Position numbers and translations under genes: made by a program. A DNA stretch of 43,826 nucleotides from Tubiluchus corallicola (Eukaryota > Animalia > Priapulida), in NCBI GenBank assembly GCA_030141605.1, contig JAQGDQ010001378.1, positions 1 through 43,826 on the forward strand. The letters are read 5' to 3'. Below are positions 12,975 to 23,300 of this stretch, one piece after another; within the stretch, counting starts at the first letter, position 1; each line of letters starts with the position of its first letter. The notes below the pieces were generated by a model that made no database searches, had not been told where the DNA came from, and saw nothing but the letters and a program-made list of their open reading frames with translations.

Positions 12975-14287
12975 AGGACATTATGTAAAAAAGTCATCGA
13001 AAAAAACAAAAAGTCAAAATTTAAGCATTTATAACACCAAAAAAGTTAACAAAAGAACACAGACGACCCGAAATTATAAATGAGCTCGAAGGTCATTAGA
13101 TAGAATGTGCAGATGACAAAAACTACATCACACGTGCATGGTTAAAGTGCTGCCTATGAATTACCAATAGAAAAAGAACATTCATGCAAGAAATTACAGA
13201 CTGCAGATGCAGAAGAAAATCAAAATCACAAATAAGAAGCTTAAATGAACCACTCTCAGACCAGTACCAAAACAATTATATTACTACACAAGTCTTTTTA
13301 AAACTGCACAGAACGACATTTGAACTAAAGGCACTAAAAAGTCTAACCTACTTCTTTACACTTAGCTTTGGAATGCTCGCTACATTTAAATTTCATGAAG
13401 TTTGTCCTTGTCTTGCCTGGAAAAGGAAGAGACTTCTATTATCGACTCATGACCGATGCCTTTTTTAACATCTGATAACATCTTTTAAACTTTTACCAAT
13501 TCTGTGGCTTACACCGACAATGCTAAAATATCCAAACCTAGATTTGGAATCATCTAGGTTTATTATTTATCTAGGCATAAATAAGATTTAAAAGAGAGAT
13601 GGAGAGAAAGAGATGCACAGAAAGTAACGAACGGACACTTGTGCCACACAGCTGCTTATATGTAAGCATGCCAGATCATCAATAGGTCAACAGACCTATT
13701 GAAAATGGAGAACTGAAAAGCGAATACACACTATAGAATAAACGTAGATCAACGTTCGTTGTTCAGAAACAACAGAACGAACAGTGCAAGAAAACCAGCT
13801 ATAAACTAGGATTACCTGATGAACCTGTGGTCCCCTTTTGAGCATCTCGGGGTATCCCTAGGTTGCATCATATGACCCAGCCTGCACCGTGCTGCTGGAG
13901 TACACCTGAGCTCCACCAGGGGGCTGGGAACTGAGACCTAAAGAATAAGCATGGACGTTTGAATACTTCAACTTGAAAACATTACAATGTCAATGAGCAC
14001 AACTGGTAGGCATGTTTTTCAAATACTTTCATTGACATACACAAATACTTCCATATATATATATATACATTCTTAATTTAGACAACAACACTAGACTCCA
14101 GTTCAATCAATGCTCATGAGTAAAACTTATTTGAATTTATAATTTTATTGCCAAATTATTTACAACTAATAAAGAACTGACAAAAACAAAGAAATTAATT
14201 AAATACACATTAATTAATAACATAAACAATAAAAACATTATATAAATTTAAAAAACGTACAGTGAACTAAACAACCAACAATATTAA

Positions 14288-15157
14288 TCAGCAGGGATCT
14301 TCCATCGACTCAGTTCCACTAGATTCATTGGACTCGTATAGCATCTTCAGTTGTTCTTGTTCTTCTAATAAAGCCGTATTTTGCACTTTTAAATTTCTGT
14401 ATTCTTCTAACAACTCTGCTAAAATATCATTATCATCTCGACTGTCCGAATCCGAAGAATCACTTCTCAGCGATTGAAGTTCAGCTTCCAAAAAAGCAAT
14501 TTCCTCCATTAAAGCGTCCCGTGACATATTGTGTAAACGTTCTTCAGCAACAACACGATACTCGTTCTCAAAATCTCTGGCAAGAAATTCAACAGTATTA
14601 ATGTCACCGGGTGAATCATATTCAAAATTCATATCATACAGATTAATACTTTGTAAAGGACTTTGCATTTTTGGTGTGGAATGGTTACCAGTACCACGTG
14701 GTGGAGTCTCAAAGCTTTGATACAAATTGCATTCGAATAGTTCATGATCTTCAATAAGAAACTGCGTAGAGTTCATTGGAGCTTTAGGTGCCAAAGGCCG
14801 ACGCAGCAGAGGCAACTTTCGCTTTTCTGATCTCCTCTCTTCTGGCAATCTTGCTGGTTCATTTAACACATTAGTAACGAAATCACTGCCCATGCTTTCT
14901 TCTGATTCACTGTCACTAAAATCCTCTTGTTCGTCGAATTTTATTTTTCTAGACAGTTTCTTTCTCTCGCCTCCTGCCCTTCCGCGCCTATGCTTACGTT
15001 TTTTTGCCGTAGTAGTTATTTTTTTGTTACTACACCGAGCAGACGCCGCGCTCGGTGAATCACCTGTAGCTGTTAGAATTTCTTCTTCTCTACTTAATTT
15101 GCTTGCAATAGCTTCCATAGTCAATGATTCAGTTATTTTAGCGATACTACAGCACAT
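14288..15157 (-). CDS. HEXIM: HEXIM family P-TEFb inhibitor / 7SK snRNP protein, single coding exon (289 aa; 276 aa if the better-context ATG at 15118 is used)
   Basis: Basic RNA-binding patch KKRKHRRGR, PYNT-like segment PKAPMNSTQFLIEDH, then EFLARDFENEY..ERLHNMSRDALMEEIAFLE and a C-terminal coiled coil, in the HEXIM order. Minus-strand AATAAA at 14144-14149. Confidence 0.88.
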   Translation of the reverse strand: MCCSIAKITESLTMEAIASKLSREEEILTATGDSPSAASARCSNKKITTTAKKRKHRRGRAGGERKKLSRKIKFDEQEDFSDSESEESMGSDFVTNVLNEPARLPEERRSEKRKLPLLRRPLAPKAPMNSTQFLIEDHELFECNLYQSFETPPRGTGNHSTPKMQSPLQSINLYDMNFEYDSPGDINTVEFLARDFENEYRVVAEERLHNMSRDALMEEIAFLEAELQSLRSDSSDSDSRDDNDILAELLEEYRNLKVQNTALLEEQEQLKMLYESNESSGTESMEDPC

Positions 15158-15977
15158 AACAACTTATAAAATTTCGCTGCGTAAAGTTTTTTTTTTAATT
15201 TGAATACAAAAACAAGATTAATTTCGCTTTGCAAAACCTCAACAACACTTTACGGACGCAAAACGTTGGACTGGCGCAAATCTAGGGAATAGGGAATGTA
15301 CGTTGTTGACACGCACAGTGACGTTGTTACCACGTGATTCAATGTATTCGAGGTAAAAGGCATAAAAGATAAACCAAGAAAGTTAAAGTTTCCTTACGTA
15401 TTGTTACACAAATGAATATAGACTTTACTGCGCATTTAAGCTGCGTTGGCGTCTTTATTAACATTGCTATTAAATAGAACGGATCGAAACAATTATTTAG
15501 TCCCTTTACTAATACCTCCCCTCCTCTTGATGATGAACTATTGAGGACCTTCTTTAATATATTTTTATTTTGTTCAGAAACAGTCTGTCATAATAAAATA
15601 ATTTGAGAATTAAACATTCTTTGATTTTAAATTGACTTATACAAACTAGGAGAAAATCTCAGCAATTTTCTAATTTATGACACCAAAAAAGTCATTGCGA
15701 AATCGCATAGTATCCCACAACTCTGTTCAGTATTTCTTCACTCTAAGCACACATTCTTTGGTTTACTATAACGATATTGCGTAGGCTACACAAACCAGTG
15801 GATATGACACCCTGAGTGGGGAGTTTGTGATCACGTTTCATCGTGAGAGCATGAACTGGATTTTGATAAAAGATAAATTTTTAATTTTACTAAGTATACG
15901 AAGAGATTTTAGTGAATTATTACATTTGAAAAGTGTATCACCGTCCTGACTAGAGGTTTTAACGGTTAGTTAGTGTA
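15158..15977. promoter_or_regulatory. Probable bidirectional promoter and 5' leaders of HEXIM and IFRD
   Basis: Only 820 bp separate the divergent start codons. Contains TGACGT (15319-15324), E-box CACGTG (15331-15336) and TTACGTA (15394-15400). Transcription start sites cannot be located from sequence. Confidence 0.6.
15677..15949 (+). promoter_or_regulatory. Cluster of three candidate uORFs upstream of IFRD
   Basis: ATG-initiated ORFs at 15677-15784 (35 aa), 15804-15815 (MTP*) and 15851-15949 (32 aa). uORF control of mammalian IFRD1 mRNA is established. Whether these lie in the mRNA depends on the unknown TSS. Confidence 0.5.
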
Positions 15978-18900
15978 ATGCCGAAAGGGAAGGGAAAGAA
16001 AAAGGGCGGTAGAGTTTGTAAGTATGAACAATTTTTCATTTTGCTTCAGCTTGTTAATTAGGATACACGTCAGTCTTCCTTATTCTTAGGAAAGTTCTCC
16101 ATATGCCACGCAGAAGATTGAAAATACAGTGATTTAAAAAAAACAAACTCTTGACCTTCACTAGTATAAGGAATATCATCCCTCAGTTGTAGAAATCTGA
16201 AATATTTAGAAAGATTGAAATATTTTACTTTGACTCTGAGAATGTTTGAATTAAGAAGACACCACAGAGATCTTATTGTGGTTTATAAAATACTAACTAG
16301 AAAAGAAAAAATTCTGCCTGCCATGGTGATTGCCGCACCAACCATAGTAATAATCTTTAATCGACAATTATTTTGTGCAAAAATATTGGGTTTCTATGAG
16401 TGTACGTATTCGCTTTAACCCCTAATCATGACTGTATAACAGAACCTGTAGAGAACACCAGTAGTAAATGTCTACAATTATACAACATGCCAGTAATTTT
16501 ATTGTGCTGAATATATATAAAACTCTCCTGTAAAACTTAATTGTAATCCAGCAACTATAGTACAATCTCATTGCCCAAACTTTTCATTTTAATGTCCTAT
16601 ACTGTACACCGTATCATTTTGCCTTAATCAAGCCTTAATCACTAGCCATAAAACGCGCAAAACAACATGTAATTCACTCAAATAGAGTTACACAAAAACA
16701 CAGATTATGCACTAATTATCAATTAGAAACATTATAAAAACTTACAAAAATTGAACTACATTCTCACTAAATTGTTGAATGTTTTGAAATGATTTAAGAA
16801 AACTTTATGATTACAAACACGTGCAAATTCAAGTTTTTTATGACCAAGTGCTGGAAGAAAGACACTATACTAATACCTTCAAAGGTAGGAAATTTGTTTT
16901 TATAATTTAGATTAGGTGCATGGTTATCAATAAAAATAGCTTTCAGCACTGCCGTATCAAAAAGAGCTTAGCTTTGCTAGAATAGACGTATCAAACTCTG
17001 CATCACAACGCGCTTGTTTATGCAGTTTCGTGACCCTATACTTGTGTTTTGCAATCCTTGTCTTCTTCAGATGGGCAGTAGACCGATAGTAGCAGGCAAA
17101 ACGTACCCGCCACCAGAACTTATACGCAATATTGCTTTAACCCAGCACATACATATTTTACATGAACTACATAAAAAGTAATATCAAGAACAGGTTGCCT
17201 AATCTTCCTGATCGATTGGTTGGTAAGATGTCTATGATACAGCATCTTCAGTCATTTAATTATGATAAAGTCTTAGTCATGTATGTGACTGCACTTGGCC
17301 TGGTTTGATGATTAGGAAAAGGTGGCCAAATTGTGGGCCTTGACAGGTTTCTGTCGTGTGATTGAACTCAATTTCTATAAAATATATCTCGTTAGAGAAT
17401 CTTTCCTAGATACTCGTAACTTTTACTCTGATTTGCCGAAAGCTGAAGATCATGTCAGGCCGGCCTCAAAAAATTGTTTCTGTCTTACCTCATGAGCTCA
17501 AAACATGTCAGTAACGAAGGAAGAAAAATTATGTTTTAAAATTTTTTTTAAAACTTTGTAAATGTTTAAGGCTGAATCGTGGAATATTTAAAATTGGTTG
17601 CAATCAAAGTTTGTTTGTTTCATGTTAAGTAATGTTTTAAATTTTTTCAATGCTCACTTTTTCATGTTTTGTTTTTTAGTTTTTTTGTTTCACATTAGTA
17701 ATTTATCGATTATCGTGTAGTCTCTTTTTTTGTACGGTATGAATGTATGTTCTGATAATTATGGTATAAGCAGCAACACTACTTAATGCGCTTTGACGGA
17801 AAGCCAGTCAGAATCATACAAAACGACAGTCCTGATCGAGAGTTAGCTGTAGAAAATCGTAGCTGCGTCTTCGCCAAAATGATGTTATAGTAATGAATAC
17901 ATTATATGTTTTAAATTTGAAAATACACTTTTATATGATTGCGTCAATTAAGAATATGAATGTACAAAAGAATTATAAAATTCCCGGCAGTGTGTGCGAT
18001 TAAAAAATATTACCAGCGCAATTAGATGGAAACAGAAGTATTTTTATTGTTGGCCCAAGTGTCACAGTTTTTCAATTTAACAATTTTTTTCTTAAGATAG
18101 CTTATCAAACTCTTTTTTATTTTACAAGAAGCTTACAAGTAGAAGATTCATCATGATATGAGAATTGGTACTAACTGTTAGTCACAAAAAGAAATCCCGA
18201 AAGATTTTAGCATAATATTCAAATGAAAAAAGTTAAATTTACATGTTTTTTTATGATTCTGTTAAGATGACTATGTTGTGTGAAGTCTAATTGTTTAGAA
18301 AGTTTTGTTGTGAGAGTGATACAGTCCACATTAGTTGCTGTCTCTATCATTGGCAAACTATCTAGAGCTTGATGAGTTTTCACTTTTTCTGAGATTTGGC
18401 CTCTGAAGAGCGAGGAGGAGCTGCCGAAAACTTCTCGGTCCACTGACCGTATTAAAGGCCACTAACAACTTATTCAGCAGTGCTTAACTCATTGTCATAG
18501 ATTATTCGTTTACATCTGTTCACCCGGCGACCAGTAGCCTAACTGAGAAATATTAGGTGGCAGACAAAAGTAGACAAACTAATAGGCAAAGAAACTAAAC
18601 AGAAAAGGACAAATAACCTGTAGGTACTCATGTACATACTTAAAGGTTGCTTCACAACCATGTTTTTCGGAAATTGTCACTGATTAAATGCCTGGATTTA
18701 AAATCTAGTGAATGGTGATTTATAGTGTTATAGTATTTACATTGTATGCAGTAGAACCTCTACATTTAATTTTCCGGTAAATTTATTTGCTTTGTTCTGT
18801 TCTGAAAGTGATTTTGTCCTAGCCGAAGATTTAGTGATCAATTAACCCAGTCATAAACTTTCTTTTCAAAATGGTTGAGTGCTGCTGCTATGTTAAATTT

Positions 18901-20303
18901 TCTACCCTTGTCTCAAAGTACCAGCCACCGAGTTCCGACAGCTTTTCACCTATGTGTACAAGTCTCGAACTGATTTTTGTCATTTTGTCTTGGAGTCATT
19001 TGTCATTTTTCACAGCTCAAATTTCTAATGTGGACTCACAGTTAGACCTATCCGCTTTTCTACTGCGAGCATAGTTCTTAAGCTAACCTAGTTGTTTCGC
19101 TTTAACTGTTTATAATGTAGGTCACTTGCCGCAATCTCAAGGATATGCATAGTAGTTAGTAGCAGTTAGCTGCTTACTGCAAATGCTGTGACTGTAATAG
19201 CTGAATAATGATGAAACTCAAGGTCAAACTTCTTATAGCACAGGTCCATGTTGTGTACCTTGTAAATTCTGTTTGCATTTTTAATTTAAAAGCAACCACT
19301 TGTAATTATAATGTCTGGTATGAAATAGAATTAGTAACTTACGGCTAAGCTTTGGAAACTAGTGATGGTTTACCGCTCACTTATAGCTAACTTATGTCAC
19401 TGATCAGTTTTATTTGTTTTTCTGCTATATTTAAATGCTACTGGAACTATCACTCATCTAAAGTAAATCTAAGCTTATACATTACTATTATGCTTTGCAT
19501 TTTGTATATATAGTGAGTGTGCAACATAGGAAATGTCAGCAATTCAAACTCTTGCCATTAAGCCTGTAGCATTTTTCAACAGTTGCACCTCTCATAGTGG
19601 AGTGAGTTTACAGATTGGAGTAATGTGTACATTTTTGGCAAGCAGCACTTTTGCAGTTTCCATTCTGCGTTTCATATTCGATAATTTAGAACATGAATTA
19701 AATGTTAACATATTAAAAGTGGTTTGAGATTATGAGTACAGTCAACCCTCGTTAAACCGGACTAATTGGGGGGTGGGGTGGTCCGGTTTAGCCGATTGTC
19801 CGATTTATCCGATATGCCAATATATGATTTATATTATACAGGAATAATCACCTTAATAAGACCTATATACATTGCACTATATACTGTGCACTATATACTA
19901 TATTGTATTTTACTTTAAAATAGTTAACCTATGAGGATAAAGAAATTATTGTACAGTTGGTAGGCCGTGTTGTGTTTAGCGCTCCGGCTCAGACGGAAAT
20001 CGGTCAGTTTCCTTTACCACGGATGACGTCCGTCTTATCCGATGTCCGGGCTAACGGGGTCCGGTTTAACGAGGGTCGACTGTATAGGTAGTATTATTCA
20101 CTGCTGTGACAGCAAATTAAAAGTATTGTTCAGTGTGTGGCACACATATTTTTGTTAGGCAGACTTGGGTACTTTTTCACAGTACGGAATTACTACATAG
20201 TGGTTCGTGATACACTCTTTATTCCCAAAGTTGTCTGGTGCCTGTGGATCATATCATGTCAATTAAAAATCGAGTGAAGTGAGACTGTATTTACACGCAC
20301 ACA

Positions 20304-20343
<40 letters not shown>

Positions 20344-23300
20344 CACACACACAGAATTTGACAGTTGTAATTTTGTAGTGAATTGGTGTTTACTTGGAAT
20401 ATTTAATGTTCAGTAGTGGCCAAAAACTTTTTTGTGCTTTGAAATCTATATTGGCTGATGAATTAGGGTTTATAAAAGTTTCTCTCATTTTTGGGTCGTT
20501 ATTTCTTGACATTTTGCAGCCGAACGGAAAGTTCAAGAAAGTCTACGTCCTGGAGGACAGCGGATGGCGGAGGAGGATTCAGACAATGTTAGCGAAGCCG
20601 GTAGCATGTTTAGTATACAGTCTGAATTTGTGGAAGATACAGGTAAGGATTTAAATTTGTAAAATCTTGTAATCTGTCAAATATGTGCACTGAAGAAGAA
20701 AAAGTACTATTATACTATAGTTGTCTTGACTCAGATTTTAAATATCAAAAGAGTTGATTCTTATATGGCAGTATTGGTTCTCTAATGAATGTCTTATGCA
20801 TTTATTTGACATTGATGTATACTTTCTCATAGCTTTGCTGTTGCATTCATCAAAGCTAGTACGAATATAAATCATCTTTGATGGAAACAGTTTTTCTTAT
20901 TTAATATGTTGCAAGCTTTTCCAGTAATTATTTGCTTGTCTGTTGACCTAATCTTCTGCAATTGCTTGTACACGTCCAATAAGTCATTGTTTAAATGCTT
21001 GTCAAAAAATATTGTTTAACACTTTTAATTATCATCTTTTGGAAATTCCTCGTGAAATTTTTTTGTGGGTGAATGTCTGTTATTAACAACTAAAATGAAT
21101 TTCTATCTGAAAGGTTGTGCATATTATCTACAATGATATGATGTAAACAACATCTGATGAACCAGAATAATTCCAAGTAGCTGTTAATCAGTAACTAAGT
21201 CATAATTAGATACGTTATTTACCATAATGTGGCATCATTTTTGAAGTTTGGAACTTGTTAGAAAATTAGATGATTAATTATCTGTCAAGTTAACATCCTA
21301 ATGTTCAAATTTAGCAAAACGGTTATAAACGTGTACACGTATTTATATATATTTTTTATATTATTAAGCTTTATTTTAATTGTAACTGTTAAAGTTATTA
21401 TAGTTGAATTTAATTACGGTTGCAAATATATATCCATGTCTTTGGCCTAACCTATCCATAGTATTCTCTCACTGAGCAACTAAACACAAGACTCAAACTT
21501 TTGACGTGAAGTACCAACACACCTACCTGACACCGTACAGTGTTATCTGATAGCAAACTGGTGGTGAAAGTGACCACCATCAGTTCATATAACTAGTTTT
21601 TTATAAATAAAATACAACAGAAGAAATGGATTAAACCAACTCAGTTAAAAAACAAATCTTGCCAAAACTTTGGATTTAACACTAAATAAGTTAGATATTG
21701 TATATGTATTTAAAAACATAACTGTTATCTTGAAATGCAGTGTGCACAACCCTTAAATTTGCATCAATTTTGTGCCCCGGAGGGGGTGAGAGGTTGGCTC
21801 ACTAGAACACTTTAGTGTGGCCTCTATGCCTTCATTTGCCCTAACTGCCTCTCTGTTTTGGGAAAAATTTAATTTCCCAATTTCTGTAAAGACAAATGTC
21901 AGTTAATGATGCCAGAAACATCCGATAGTGTCTCTAAACCTGCACGCCTATCTGTATTTACTTAACTTTCATAATTACTATCGTTAGTCCACTCACTTTC
22001 GAATAAGTGATGGTTTGACCTTGTTTTTCACCCACAGAAACACATCACCAAATGTTTAACAGTATTTGGGTAAATGACCTCCCCCTTTTCTAGGTTAATA
22101 ACAGTTTTCTATTTGAGTGGTGGATCAGGCAGTTCAGAACGAACTGGCTAGGTTATATGATGTCGTAAATTCACAAGTATTGTATTATGTTTTTGGTAAA
22201 TTGATATTTCTGAGCCGTTTTACAATTCATTGTGACTTCCAATTCAGAAAAATTCAGTTTAAATGCATGTACTTGTACAGTGTATTTAGGTTACAACGTT
22301 TAAGTAACTGCATGCTTCAGCCTGTTGTGTATATAGGTACGAACAGGTACTCTCAAACACGAGGTGGAATTGCACAATACTCTCTGTATGTTTCATCATA
22401 TTCATTGCACTTATCTAGATCAATATGATCATTCTGTATTGTGCATCGAATTGAGAATGTTCTGCTGTACCACACACGTGTTTAGATGGTTATTAAAGTG
22501 TAGGCTAAGCTTTCACTCGATTTCAATTCAGAAGAAGTTTATTATCAAATATAGCTTGTTTTATGTGTACAAATATGACTGACTTATCTGAAATAATCTA
22601 TAGTAAGGAATTATTGTTCCAATTTGAGTTAGATCTAGGTAGGGATTGTTTTAGATATTTTGTTATGTAGCTTACATATCGTTGACTCATTATTTGTCCA
22701 TTTGTGACTTATTGCATTATTACCGAGAGTTGTTCAGTTAATCGTAACCATTGTTAAGCCTTCTTAATGATATGCAGACATGTTTACTCATAAAGCTTTG
22801 AAATCTGCCTTATTTGTCCTTCTTCGTGCACACAACTTTGAAAAAAATTTGCAATTATTCTTTTAAATAAGCGTTGCATTCTAAAAATTTTAAAAAATTT
22901 GCTTGATCACAGTACAAAAATTCATGTTGTTTGCACTGGTTGTGTACATTCGGCGTCCAGGAGTAGAAATCTGGTTATATTTCCATACCTGTTTGTTTGG
23001 TAGGAGCAGGAGTGACAGCAGGTGTGGATAATGAAGTAGATGAAATCAACTTGCAGGAGGAGTTTGAGAGTCGTCTAGCCGAAAGTGTAGATGCTTTGTC
23101 AGAGAAGAGGTACGATTTTAACAATCAAATTCAGATTTTTGCATTTTTACATGTTGGTTTGTTATTGAATTCAATTATTGTTGTCTGATAATTTGCTTTA
23201 TGCTACTTTCTAGTGCAAAAACCAGACAGGATGCACTGAAGTCAATTCATTCAGCTTTTTCTCAGAAACTTCTGGTGGATTTCCTTGAAGATCGGTATGT

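Noticed and set aside
14529-15203. Plus-strand ORFs over HEXIM (likewise the antisense or alternate-frame ORFs over PRIM1, ITPR and MCM10 exons)
   Set aside because: Shadow ORFs of real coding exons, with no recognisable motifs.
5798-15977. A 7SK snRNA gene linked to HEXIM
   Set aside because: I found no segment with the 7SK 5' GAUC-paired stem, 3' stem and oligo-T terminator together; an Infernal search would be decisive.
17457-18057. Possible degenerate TIR element (GGCC..AAAAAA..TTTC ends)
   Set aside because: The terminal match is too weak and there is no TSD.
18388-18445. Hammerhead/Penelope-like CTGAAGA...CGAAA motif (similar one at about 11222-11250)
   Set aside because: Stems II and III cannot be formed properly, and the second site has CTGATAA; at best decayed remnants.
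21780-21835. Imperfect hairpin in IFRD intron 2 (and small hairpins at 28270-28304)
   Set aside because: No H/ACA boxes, and the stems are too short or irregular to distinguish from chance or TE debris.
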